Of a DNA stretch of 64,000 bases, positions 40,703 to 52,469 are shown in pieces (the first letter of the stretch is position 1; the number at the start of each line of letters is the position of its first letter). Made by a program: the position numbers and the translations under genes. The notes beneath the pieces are model-generated. The model had not been told where the DNA came from. It searched no databases and saw nothing but the letters and a program-made list of their open reading frames with translations. The DNA is from Callorhinchus milii (lineage: Eukaryota), in NCBI RefSeq assembly GCF_018977255.1, contig NW_024704742.1, positions 4,342,001-4,406,000 of the forward strand. The letters are read 5' to 3'.

Positions 40703-41345
40703 TCAGTGAGTGTGTAACGGTCTGTGAGTGTGTGCAACACTCAGCGAGTGTGTGTAACTGTCTGTGAGTGTGTGTGACTCTCAGTGAGTGTGTGTAACTG
40801 TCTGTGAGTGCGTGTAACTGTCTGTGAGTGCGTGTAACTGTCTGTGAGTGTGTGTAACTGTCAGCGAGTGTGTGTAACTGTTTGTGAGTGTGTGTAACTG
40901 TTTGTACAACGTGTGTGTAGCTGTCAGCGAGTGTGTGTAACTGTCTGTGAGTGTGTGTAACTGTCTGTAAGTGTGTGTGACTATCTGTGAGCGTGTGTAA
41001 CTATCAGTGAGTGTGTTAACTGTTTGTGAGTGTGTATAACTGTCAGCGAGTGTGTGTAACTGTTTGTGAGTGTGTGTAACTGTCAGCGAGTGTGTGTAAC
41101 TGTCTGTGAATGTGTGTAACTGTCAGAGATGTGTGCGTAACTATCTGTGAGTGTGTGTAACTGTCAGAGAGTGTGTGTAACTGTCAGAGAGTGTGTGTGT
41201 GTACCTGTAGGAGACGTGTGTGTGCGTGTGCACCTGTAGGAGACGTGTGTGCGAGCGCGCCTGTAGGAGACATGTGTGTGTGTGTGTGTGTGCGCGTGCG
41301 TGTGTACCTGCAGGAGACGTGTGTGTGTGTGTGTGTACCTGTCAG
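40703..41345. repeat. Minisatellite, 20-bp unit GTGAGTGTGTGTAACTGTCT (~24 copies), grading into a (GT)n-CCTGTAGGAGAC array
   Basis: Direct tandem arrays. Confidence 0.95.
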
Positions 41346-41601
41346 TGTAACAGTCAGTCTCAGTCTTGAGAGGTGGAAGTGTCCTTGAAGCTGTTTGCAA
41401 TATTCCAGATGTGATCTATATAACATTAGAATAACCTCTTTCAACCCGGAGTCAACTTCTATTTTAAACCACTCTTCCCTTAGTTTTGTTGACAGCAGTT
41501 TGACATTGTCCGGAAACTTTCAGCGAATGACGGTAATCGCAGTCGGCTCCAGTTTCTGCTCCAGCCCTACTGCCGGCACATCTCTTTGTGCGTTCACATC
41601 T

Positions 41602-41934
41602 TAATAATAATAATAATAATAATAATCCTTGCATTTGATATAGCGCTTTTCACGTCGGGGAGGACGTCCCAAAGCGCTTCACAGAACACACTGTAAAGTG
41701 AATTGACTGTATATTTGTGGGCGAACGCGGCAGCCAATTGCGCACAGCAATGTCCCACAAACAGTCGTAGATTGAAAATGACCAATTTATTATTGTTTTT
41801 GGTTTTGGAGGGATTATTATTAGGCTCTGTGTGGAATAAGGAAACTTGCCCAAGGTTTCGCCCTCTGCCGGGAATTGAACTCAGGTCTCTCGCTTGCAAA
41901 GCGAGTGCACTAACCACTGAGCTACAGGACTCCA
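41602..41934 (-). mobile_element. Same SINE, full length, candidate ATCTT target duplication
   Basis: Near-identical to the 43819 and 51890 copies; ATCTT at 41598-41602 and 41935-41939. Confidence 0.92.
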
Positions 41935-43049
41935 ATCTTTACAACAACGACATTTATATCGCGCCCTTCACGCCTCATGGCGTCTCGGAGCGCTCTTACT
42001 GCTTTTTGATGCAACGTACTCTATGTTTATTGCCATTTTTGTCCACCTGCCAACGCTTGGCGCTTACGTTGAATCTCATGGCCACAATTTGAACGAAAGA
42101 TATGGGTCGCTTTCCAGATTTCACCCTGTAGTTGCTGAGATGGGAGCGTTGGAAACGCCGGGAGAATCCAGGAGCTTTCAGGCCAATTGCGCTGCATCTA
42201 GGTTCACCCCAGCTAACTTACCACGAACCAGATATTGACCCCAGGGTTTTGCACAGTTACATGCTGTAAGTTGTCCAATGGGGTATTTGAGGGGAGCTTC
42301 ATAATAACAGGAGACCTTTGGTTCCATGAGCTCGGAGGCTGCGCTAGAAATGACGCACACAAAAATGGCCAACATCCAGATCATCAGCTGACATCATTTC
42401 CTGTGCGCTGTGCTTCTTGCACATGTGTGTGGACCTTCCTTTTCGGCCACACCTTCGGTCACCTTCCCCCCCCCTCCCCCCAGCTTGGCCCTGGGATCCG
42501 TTACTGTGAAGCGCTCTGAGACACCGTCCGGCGTGGAGGGCGCTATATTAATCCAAGTTGTTGTGTTGTTGTTGTTGTTGTAGTAGTGAGTGGCCCAGTG
42601 ACCACAGTGGTGACCTGATCACCTGAAAGACAGCCTTTTTTTTTGGTGTGCAAAGCTGGCTGGTCACACTGGACGCTGGGGGTATCGAGCTTCCCATTCC
42701 CACAGTTCACAGTAGACGTGTGCTCTTCAGTGAAGCAACGCTATGATGTGGTAGTGGTGGGCGGTGAAAACTCTATCGCTGGCTTCTCCTGTACACAGTT
42801 GCGAACGTATTTGTTTGGCAAGTGTTTTGGAGTTGCTTTACATGGGTATGTGTATTCCAGGGGTAGTAATTTCTTCCAAAAAGTAAAAATAAATTGGTCA
42901 CTCGATCCACGACTGTTTGTGGGACGCTGCTGTGCGCAGTTGGCTGCCGGGCGGAGTGATGGTTTATCAGGAGTTTACTTTATCACATTATGATACATGA
43001 AGAACTCGTGTATATTATATTTGAATACATTATATAATAATTTTATTTT

Positions 43050-44640
43050 TAACCTGCCCACAGAGCTTGGGTACCGACACATTTTGTGATATGAATAGAG
43101 TGAGCAGGGCACACAGAGCAGACTCTAGTGAAACTCCACCAGCCACTACCTCCAGACAAAGCGATTCCATTTATCACTGCCGTCTGCTTTCTATTTCTGT
43201 TTGCAATCCAACCAACTAATCTTCCGTTAATTCCATGAGCCGTAATCTTCATTAAAACCTCACGTAGTGAAACTTTATTCAATTCCAGTTAAAAACCCAA
43301 GTGAATTATATTCTTTGGGCAGCTCTCATTTACCAGTTTAGTTACTTCCTCAAAGAATTCCCGTGGATTTATAAGGCATTATTGTTTTTAAACCCATAAT
43401 GACTATTCCTCTCAGCTCTTTCGATGAGCATTGATAATATCCCATAAGTAATTTTCTCAAGTATATTTCCCATTGCAGATATTAAACTAACTGGTCTGTA
43501 ATTTCTGGGCTCATGTCTCAATCCTTTATTGAATACAGGATAACATTTGCTCTATCCTCCAGTGTTTAGGCACAGTTCCAGTGTTTACAGAGCTCCGAAA
43601 ATATTAACCAGCGCCTGAGCTATTTATCTTGCATTTCCTTGAGGATCCTTGGGTACATTAATTTGATCCCAATTGTAGATATTTCAATTCTCAAATTCTT
43701 CAAAGCACATGTAGTACTGATACCTACTATTCTGATTCAAAACAACTGGTTCCAGACAGTCTTATTTTGTGAAAAATGTATTCAACAAATTTGCCATCTC
43801 CTTCCATAATCGCTTTCTAAAAAAAAAAAAATCCTTGCATTTGATATAGCGCTTTTCACGTCGGGAGGACGTCCCAAAGCGCTTCACAGGACACACTGTA
43901 AAGTGAATTGACTGTATATTTGTGGGCGAACGCGGCAGCCAATTGCGCACAGCAATGTCCCACAAACAGTCGTAGATTGAAAATGACCAATTTATTATTG
44001 CTTTTGGTTTTGGAGGGATTGTTATTAGGCTCTGTGTGGAGTAAGGAAACTTGCCCAAGGTTTCGCCCTCTGCCTGGAATTGAACCCGGGTCTCTCGCTT
44101 GCAAAGCGAGTGCTCTAACCACTGAGCTACAGGACTCCAAATCTAATTTATTACTTGAAGAATCTATCTGGTCATTAGCACTCTGCTTACTGCTAACACA
44201 ATTCAATAAACTCTTCCGATCCCACTTGCACAATGTGTTTCTTTGGCTTACTTACTTTCTCTAATATTCCCTTTGGTTAACTCAACTCATTTTGTATAGC
44301 TCGGTGCTCAATACTTTCTATTTGCTTGTATGTTTTAAGTACCTTTGCTTTTAGGTTACTTTTGAATTTCTTATTCAGCCACTTCGTCTTGGATTTGTGC
44401 TTCTCTTTTTCCTTTCCCACAAAATCCTTTACCGCTTCACTGAAATGGACTCAAAAGAAATTCTATTCGACTCTTTTGTTCCGTTCTGCTTCCTGTTTTG
44501 TTTCGTCAGCAGGTGTCACGCAGAAACACTTTATCTGACTTATGAGTATTCCAAAGCCGGATTTGAGTTCCACTTCTGCATGCACCTATGCATGGAAATT
44601 TCCGTTCTTCTGCAATGGAGTGGGCGCTCCTTCTCTGGAG
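43050..44640 (-). mobile_element. Degenerate CR1 internal fragment, interrupted by a SINE at 43819-44139
   Basis: LMKITAHGING.L.GWIAN..RKQ..VING and EMANLLNTFF motifs, with a YRPVSL-like aactaactggtctgtaatt. Confidence 0.75.
43819..44139 (-). mobile_element. Same SINE, full length, nested in CR1
   Basis: Near-identical body; homopolymer tail instead of (TTA)n. Confidence 0.92.
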
Positions 44641-45329
44641 GGACGATTAATTAATCCCTGAAAATATTAAGCGTAAGTTAGCACGAGCCAAGGCTTGGTA
44701 ACCCCCCGGTGTGTGATGGGATACTGCTGAAGTTTAACCAGATAGAATCATCTTGTCATTGAGAGCGCTGTCTTGCAACTTTTCTGCTGTTTGTCCGTCG
44801 AGGAACACCCTTACCCGTTTTGGGACGTCCCCAGTGCTTGAGACGTCCTCCCGACGTGAAAGGTGCTTTACAAATGTAACGTGTTGTTCTTGTTCTTGTT
44901 GTTGTACACGTTAGTCTAAGCACAAGACCGCAAGCGTACATTGGAGCTTTAATTCAGGATTTCACCTTTTTTAGCCTGTTGTACGTGTTTACACCAGTTA
45001 TTTTTCTCAGCACAGCAATGCTGGGAAAGTAAAATCTCGTTGTGTGCGTTCGTGAAGTTGTGTGCGTGGTTGGCTAACGATGTTATTTAATTGCTTCTCA
45101 TCACTGAGTTATAGGAGAGACCCGGACTCTGCCTCACTAGCCACAGGTTAGTCCTGGACCCTGCGTCACCACGCGTATAATAGATCCATGCATTTCCTCA
45201 ACTAGACATAGCAGACACCCACTACAAATGGTAGAGACTCGCGTCTGCCTCACAGGAGGTGACATTTTCTCCGGATTTCCTAGAATCACAAAACATCACA
45301 GAAAAATCTTATTGTTCCTTTCCTTTTTC

Positions 45330-45720
45330 TCTCCCCACGGGGGTCTTTACACTTTATTCAAACTGTCTGTAATTTAATTTGAATGGCTAAGAGCACAGTT
45401 CATTGAAAAATGGAAAGTGATAAATTCTAGGGAGTAATTATTTGGGTGTTTTGGCAATTACTATTTGAAATATTTCATAACGGTGTTGCGGGAAGCATTA
45501 AATTTTCATGGATGCTGCTGCAGGCCAAGAGTGGGACAATTACTTCACAGCAAGATATGCCCACCTGAATCTGCCGCTCATCACTCACTGATGGAATATT
45601 AATGCCATGTGACTGTTAATGACACACTGTGGCTGCAATGCTGATTTGGAGTTTGAGGAGATTCCTCCAGGGTTTTTTTTTTTCTGTGCTTATTAAACAC
45701 ATGTTCGTTCCGACGTTACA
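45330..45720. promoter_or_regulatory. Candidate conserved non-coding enhancer (intron 8)
   Basis: Repeat-free block dense in TAAT/TAATTA/TGACA motifs; conservation not tested. Confidence 0.4.
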
Positions 45721-46674
45721 TTCCACTTGTATCGGACGAGAACGGAAAGGGCACAGTTTATCCCCTTATGTTTATTTTAATGAATGACAAGCGCCCGTCC
45801 TCCACGGCGCTCTGACGTTCTGTCTCAAAACATTTGTCACAGGCATCGCGAGGCGAGGTAGGGCGAGGCTGGCAGATTCCAGTGGTATTTGTTGCATCTT
45901 AAACATACGATAAATCCCTGAAATGGTGTCCCAAATACAAGATCAAACAAGGCACAGCCCTGAAACAACTCTCTTTATCCCTTCTCCCGGCACATTGCCA
46001 GCTGATGCTGTGTATTGCAAGACTCTAGTTGTGCCACCAGGGGTTAGCTGGCAAGAAAATGCACATTTGAATTTCTTTTTTCTTCCTCCGACTAATTTAT
46101 TAAAAAAAAAGTATTAAAGATTTTATGGGCTTTGAGACGTCTAGAAGACGTGAAAAGCGCAATATCAAATGCAAGGATTATTATTTTTTTGCTACGTGTC
46201 CTGTATACACTACCATCACTTCTGTTTTGTCGTACACAGAAAACATAATTTTGTTTTATCTTAAAGTTTTTTAAAAAAAACCCTGCTGCGCAGCTAACCT
46301 CTCTGGTGGCATTTTATTCAGACGAGCCATAGATTCAATTTGGTGAAAAGATTTAGGGCCTCCTTAATGACCTTCGCAATATAATCAAGATCATGAAACC
46401 TCGGAAAGTACGTTGTTGTTTAATTAATATTGTTGTCTTGATTATTCTCCTTAAATTGTGTTCGTGAAATGTTCATTTTTTTAAATTTCCATCTATCTAA
46501 ACACATTGAATGAGAAATAATCATTACTTAAATTATTTTCCACTACTATGACTAAACATTCAGTATTTTTAACTGCGTAAAAAATACATAGAATTATTTG
46601 AAGGTGTCTATAGCTCAAGAATTGAACACGGCCCACAGCCCAAAGCAATCCTTAGTCAGACTTGTAGACTCACT

Positions 46675-47277
46675 GCGGGAGACAGTGAGGAACCTGGGTG
46701 TCTTGTTTGACACTGAACTGTCCTTTCTCCCCCACATCCGCGCCATGACCAGCACTGCCTGCCACCACCTCCGCAAAATTGCCAGACTCCGCCACTGCCT
46801 CACCCCTCAGGCTGCCCAAACCCTCACCCACACATTCATCACCTCAAGGCTCGATTACGGGAACTCCCTCCTCATCTGCCTTCTGAACGCTTCCCTTCAA
46901 AAGCTGCAGGTCATCCAAAACTCTGCAGCTCGTGTACTCTCACGCACCAGGCTCCGCGACCCCATCACTCCCACTCTCGCCCGACTCCACTGGCTCCCCA
47001 TCCCCCAGAGGATCGGGTTCAGTATCTTCGTCCTCACCTTTAAGGCCATCCACGGTCCCTTGGCCTCGCTTCCTCCCTCTCCTCCTTCAAGGCCGGTCTC
47101 AAGACCCTTCTCTTCGATCGTGCCTTTGGTCTCTCTCCCACCTCTCTGCCTTCCCTCACCCCTACACCACCCCTGCCCCATGCTCGGGTCCTGACCCCTG
47201 ACTGTCCAGCGCCTTGGGACGTCCTCCTGACGTGAAAGGCGCTCTATAAATGTAATTTTGTTGTTGTTGTTGTTGTA
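46675..47277 (+). mobile_element. L2 3' fragment with internal deletion and (TTG)n tail
   Basis: [18 protein letters not shown]...[11 protein letters not shown]...QNSAARVL...[10 protein letters not shown], very close to the 49 kb copy. Confidence 0.92.
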
Positions 47278-48439
47278 AAAGCGGGATCCCACTTTAAAAC
47301 TCTGTAATAATTTTACATCCTTAGAAATCCACAAAACCATCCTTGTCTCGCTACCCATATGCACAGATAAAAAACAAACAAAAAGGAGACGGGGAAAAGG
47401 CAAAAGGCTCTACACTCTAGCCTGACCTGATTTTATTCGCGGACTGTACTTTGTCTACACATACTCCAGTCTCCTTATAGCACCCGACAGCAGTTTAGAA
47501 TGTACTGCCTGAAGCTGACACATACAGTCTGCTGCAGTGAGTGCGATCAAGTGATATTTTTCCTGTAGCATAGCGTACTGTTAGAGATTCTGAGCAAGTT
47601 TAGAGACTGGGTGCGGTTACTGGGACACAGAGTCTCAAATAACTTTATTTGGATTGAATGGCTTCCATATGAAAAACTCCCAAACCGCTCTGAAGCATTT
47701 TAATCACTGTATTTAGCGGTCTAAGTTGTGATATTTCTGAAGAGATCTCTTAATAAGGAATGTGTAGTTGTGGAATTTATAAATCATTGATGGCGTTGGA
47801 GAATAAGCTTCACATCGGCTCGGTCATTGTTTTAGCAATGTGATAATTATATACAGGTATTTCTTATTCAGAAACCTGTTAAGAAATATCACACATTATA
47901 TCCCCTATATTTATATCTGTTAATGAGGTGGTTGTTACTGTAAGTTATTATAAAACAAATCAAAATGATTGTCAATGTTAGGTATTGGCTCTGTTAATGG
48001 CACTTTTGCCACATTTGGCTACAAAATACACAGTCACTGCACTTCACACTAAATCCTGTGAAGCGCTTGGCGGATGTCAGCCTGATGTGAAAGGCACTTC
48101 ATCAAACGGGAGGATTAATGGGATTATTTATCATAAAGTTACTGTCATGCAGTTTGGAATGATTGTGAACACTCTGCTGTTGCTGTGAAGGTTGGGGTAA
48201 ATGTCGAGGTATCTCTTTATCTTAATGCAGCCGATTGTGCCTGTAAAACTGACACTGTCTCTCAACGGTTCAGAATTTTAATTCAGTACTTCTATTTTTA
48301 ATTGTAATTTTAGCACAGAAGCCCAGTCCAACCATATGATCATTCATATGAAAAGCAGAAATCGAATACCAAGAACTGGTTCTAGAGCCCTTCCCAATGA
48401 CTGTGGTCTTCAGTCACTGCTGCTGGTCCTCTTCTGTCT

Positions 48440-48695
48440 TATAATAATAATAATCCTTGCATTTGAATTAGCGCCTTATCACATCTTCGAGACGTCTCAA
48501 AGCGCTTCACAGAATATACTGTAAAGTGAATTGACTGCATATTTTGTGGGTGAATCGCAGCAGCAGTGTCTCACAATCAGTCGTGGATTGAGTGACCAAA
48601 TTATTATTTTTTATTTACTTATTTTTGGAGGGAATATTACCCCCGAACAAGCGATCCGCCAATCGAATAACAACCGGGTTCCTACATATTGCTAG
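48440..48695 (-). mobile_element. SINE copy
   Basis: Tail, core and body. Confidence 0.85.
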
Positions 48696-48954
48696 GAGGG
48701 GAGGTGTATGAAGACGTAGAAATGGGGGAATGTTCTAAGGTTTTTGCTTTAGGAAATGCAGAGTATGTGATGGAGAATCACCCCCTGATGATAAACTTGG
48801 TGGGAAGGAGCCACCCAGAGTTGATTTTTACACCCTGGCTGTGGACAGAGCAGGTATATAGGCTGCAATTACCTTTCCCTCACTTCATCCTACCTTTCCT
48901 TCCAACGGCTGCACACCATCTTAAAAATTCCACCTAAGTGTGAAGATTACGGTG

Positions 48955-51299
48955 AACAACAACAACAACAACAAGATTCCATTTATAGAGCGCCTTTCAC
49001 GTCAGGAGGACGTCCCAAGGCGCTGCACAGTTGGGTCATGACCCGAGCAGGGGGGAAATGGTCAGGGTGAGGGGAGGGAAGGGAGGGAGAGAGGAGGGGG
49101 AAATGGTCAGGGTGAGGGGAGGGAAGGGAGGGAGCGAGGAGGAGGAAGAGAGTCGAGAGGGGAGCTGAAGGCACGGTCAAAGAGAAAGGTTTTGAGACCG
49201 GCCTTGAAGGAGGAAAGGGAGGAAGCAAGGCGAAGGCACTGGGGGATGGAGTTCCAGAGCCTCGGGGCTGAGAGGCTGAAGGCCCGACCACCGATAGTAG
49301 GGCGGTTGGGGCGGGGGACGTGGAGCAGACCGGAGCCAGAGGAACGGAGGGTACGGGCAGGTAGGTAGGGGGATAGTAGGTTGGAGAGGTAGGAGGGAGC
49401 AAGGCCGTGAATGGCCTTGTAGGTGAGGATGAGGATCTTGAAATCAATCCTCTGGGGGATGGGGAGCCAGTGGAGGCGAGCGAGGGTGGGAGTGATGTGG
49501 TCCCGAAGCCTGGTGCGGGACAGTACACGAGCTGCAGAGTTCTGAATGACCTGCAGCTTGTGGAGGGAGGTGGCGGGAAGGCCGGCGAGGAGAGAGTTCC
49601 CATAGTCCAGCCTTGAGGTGACAAAGGCGTGAACCAGGGTTTCAGCAGCGTGAGGGGTGAGGTAGTGCCGTAGTCTGGCGATGTTCCGGAGGTGATGGAA
49701 GGCGGTGCCAGTTGTGGTGCGGATGTGAGGGAGAAAGGACAGCTCAGGGTCGAACAAAACGCCGAGGTTCCTGACTGGCTTTGAGAGGTGGAGAGTGCAG
49801 CCTTGGATGCTGATGGTGTCAGCGCCTGAGGTGCGGAGGCGCTGACGTGAGCCAATCAGGAGGGCCTCGGTTTTTTGCACGTTGAGCTGAAGAAAGTTGT
49901 CTCTCGTCCAGGACTCGATGTCGGACAGGCAGGCTGTCAGGACATCGGTGGTCGTGGAGTTGAGAGTAGAGGAGGAAAGGTAGAGTTGGGTGTCATCCGC
50001 ATACATGTGGAAGTTAACCCCATGTTTGCGGATGATGTCACCAAGGGGGAGCATATAGAGGGTGAAGAGGAGGGGACCGAGGACAGAGCCCTGAGGGACA
50101 CCACATGAGACAGTACGGGGGGTGGAGGAGAAGCCATTCGTTGAGACGAAGTGAAGACGGTGAGAAAGGTACGACCTAAACCATTCAAGGACAGTGCCTT
50201 GAAAGTTGAGGTGGGAGGACAAGCGGTGGAGTAGGATAGTGTGGTCGACCGTATCGAATGCTGCCGATAGGTCGAGGAGGACGAGGAGACAGAGGGAGCC
50301 CTGGTCACAGATGGTCAGGATGTCATTGGTGACCTTGACCAGGGCAGTTTCTGTGCTATGAGCAGCACGGAAACCTGACTGAAGGGGTTCAAAAAGAGAA
50401 TGGGTGGAGAGGAAAGAGCGCAGTTGGGAGGCGACAACTCTTTCCAAGACTTTGGAGAGAAAGGGGAGGTTGGAGATGGGCCGGTAGCTTGATAGCTGCG
50501 ACGCATCAAGGGAGGGTTTTTTCAGGGTGGGCGTGATGATGGCAGTTTTTAATGGAATGGGGACAGAGCCAGAGGAGAGGGACAGGTTTATGATGTCAGT
50601 GATGTGTGGGACAAGAAAATGGAGCTGGGAGATAAGGAGTGGAGTGGGGATGGGGTCAAGGGAGCAGGTGGTTGGTTTTAGGGATAGGATGAGTTCAGTG
50701 ACAGAGGGTGGGGAAACGGGTACGAAGGTGTGTAGGGGAGGATGGGTAGGAGTCGGAGTGTGGGAGGGAAGGGGTGGGTGGTGGGTGGAAGTTGGAGGGG
50801 AAGTGACCGCGGAGCGGATTCCCTTGATCTTGGATTCAAGGAAATCCAGCATCTCCTCGCAGTGAAGGTTGGAGGAGATGACCTGCGCGGGGTGGCGGGG
50901 GGGACGGAGGAGTCGGGATGTGGTGGAAAACAGTAGCCTGGGGTTGTTCTTCGCCTCCAGGATTATCCTGGAGTAGAAGGACGACTTGGCCGAGGCTAGA
51001 GTGGAGCGGTAAATTTTGAGGAGGTCCAGCCAGATTTGTCGGTGGACCGTTAAGCCGGATTTGACAAAGGTGCGCTCAGCAGCCCGCACCTGGCATTTCA
51101 GTGAGCGGAGGTGGGTGGTGTACCAGGGGGAGGAGCGGGAGTAGGAGACAGTGCGGGAAGTGATGGGGGCAAGAGTATTGAGTGTGGAGGAGAGGATATT
51201 GTGGAGGAGGGAGAGAGGAGAAGAGGGGTCGGTGAGGGTTGAAGGCCAGAGGGAGAGGAGTTCAGAGGAGCCAGAGGGAGAGGAGTTCAGAGGAAGGGC
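48955..51299 (-). mobile_element. Young 5'-truncated L2-clade LINE with 3' stem-loop and (TTG)n tail
   Basis: Uninterrupted RT frame, 3' end AGCGCCTTGGGACGTCCTCCTGACGTGAAAGGCGCT followed by (TTG)n, and candidate AACAA target duplication (48955-48959 / 51300-51304). Confidence 0.95.
49107..51269 (-). CDS. L2 ORF2 fragment: reverse transcriptase domain plus C-terminus; endonuclease lost by truncation
   Basis: 660-aa ORF with [50 protein letters not shown] (49992-50003) and LHWLP. The frame stays open upstream of the listed GTG (..[34 protein letters not shown]..). No genuine start codon. Confidence 0.9.
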   Translation of the reverse strand, partial: SSELLSLWPSTLTDPSSPLSLLHNILSSTLNTLAPITSRTVSYSRSSPWYTTHLRSLKCQVRAAERTFVKSGLTVHRQIWLDLLKIYRSTLASAKSSFYSRIILEAKNNPRLLFSTTSRLLRPPRHPAQVISSNLHCEEMLDFLESKIKGIRSAVTSPPTSTHHPPLPSHTPTPTHPPLHTFVPVSPPSVTELILSLKPTTCSLDPIPTPLLISQLHFLVPHITDIINLSLSSGSVPIPLKTAIITPTLKKPSLDASQLSSYRPISNLPFLSKVLERVVASQLRSFLSTHSLFEPLQSGFRAAHSTETALVKVTNDILTICDQGSLCLLVLLDLSAAFDTVDHTILLHRLSSHLNFQGTVLEWFRSYLSHRLHFVSTNGFSSTPRTVSCGVPQGSVLGPLLFTLYMLPLGDIIRKHGVNFHMYADDTQLYLSSSTLNSTTTDVLTACLSDIESWTRDNFLQLNVQKTEALLIGSRQRLRTSGADTISIQGCTLHLSKPVRNLGVLFDPELSFLPHIRTTTGTAFHHLRNIARLRHYLTPHAAETLVHAFVTSRLDYGNSLLAGLPATSLHKLQVIQNSAARVLSRTRLRDHITPTLARLHWLPIPQRIDFKILILTYKAIHGLAPSYLSNLLSPYLPARTLRSSGSGLLHVPRPNRPTIGGRAFSLSAPRLWNSIPQCLRLASSLSSFKAGLKTFLFDRAFSSPLDSLPPPRSLPSLPSP

Positions 51300-51388
51300 A
51301 ACAAACTGGAATTTGGCTTATTTCATTCTGCATTACAGTTGAACTATAATAATCATCCTGACATTTAATATACATTTGATACGTATCA

Positions 51389-51780
51389 GCCTTGCTCAGT
51401 GATAGCACTCTTGCCTCTGAGTCCCAGGTTGTGGATTCAAGCCTCATGTCAGGACTTGGAACTCACATAGCCTTGAGATGACACTGCAGTGCAGTACTGA
51501 GGTATTTTGCTGCATTGCCTGAGGTGCTGTCCTTTGGATGAGATGTGAAACTAAGGTCTCGTCTGCCTGTTCAGGTGGACGTCAAAGATTCCATGGCACT
51601 ACTCGAAAGGAGAAAGGAGTTTCTCCCAGTGTCCTGGCCAACAATCCCCCAAATAAAATTGGTCATTCCTTTCATGGCTGCTTGTGGAACACTGCTGTGT
51701 GCAATTAGGCTGTCGCCATCCTCCCAACGTGAAAGGCTCTATAACAAATGCAAATATTAACATTATCATTATTATTTTAT
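51389..51780 (+). mobile_element. Deu-domain-type SINE
   Basis: gctcagtgatagcactcttgcctctgagtc head; gatgagatgtgaaactaaggtc...caggtggacgtcaaagattccatggcact. Confidence 0.75.
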
Positions 51781-51889
51781 AGCACCTTTCATGTCGGAGG
51801 GACATCGCAAAGTACTTCACATGGTTTACCGTTAAGTGTAGTGATTGTGTCAAGTGCTCTGAGACGCTATCCACTGAAGGGCACCATAT

Positions 51890-52229
51890 AATAATAATAA
51901 CAATAATAATAATCCTTGCATTTGATATAGCGCTTTTCACGTCGGGAGGATGTCCCAAAGCGCTTCACAGAACACACTGTAAAGTGAATTGACTGTATAT
52001 TTGTGGGCGAACGCGGCAGCCAATTGCGCACAGCAATGTCCCACAAACAGTCGTAGATTGAAAATGACCAATTTAATTATTGTTTTTTTTTTTTTTGAGG
52101 GATTATTATTATTATTAGGCTCTGTGTGGAGTAAGGAAACTTGCCCAAGGTTTCGCCCTCTGCCTGGAATTGAACTCAGGTCTCTCACTTGCAAAGCGAG
52201 TGCTCTAACCACTGAGCTACAGGACTCCA
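51890..52229 (-). mobile_element. Same SINE, full length, nested in an older L2-type tail
   Basis: Near-identical body; flanks read gaagggcaccatata / tatataaatacaagttgttg. Confidence 0.92.
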
Positions 52230-52469
52230 CAGGACTTATATAAATACAAGTTGTTGCAGAGCAAGTCTTTTTTCCTATTTGGTTCAGCTTGTTAAGGGGT
52301 CCAAGAACCTCTGACTGAAGGGCGCTATACAAGTGTAATTTGTTGTTGTTGTTGATGCTGCCACAGAGTCCCTGAGGGGAGCAGTAGTGCTGGCAGACAT
52401 TGCTCCCAGTGCACTTTCATCACTCACTTGCCTGAGGTTCCACATGTACACTCTACAATTGATCCCATA

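Noticed and set aside
44065..44139. tRNA-Ala(TGC)-like sequence (also at ~15715-15786, 41860-41934, 52155-52229, 57182-57250)
   Set aside because: These are SINE heads: no proper acceptor stem, and each is followed by the SINE body and L2-like tail.
41594..44264. Recurrent ~110-130-aa ORFs (MTVYLWANAAANCAQQ..., ...LFVGHCCAQLAAAF...)
   Set aside because: Translations of near-identical SINE copies, not a gene family.
48983..49855. 290-aa Ser/Pro-rich ORF and other ORFs overlapping the L2
   Set aside because: Alternative-frame by-products of the C-rich L2 sequence.
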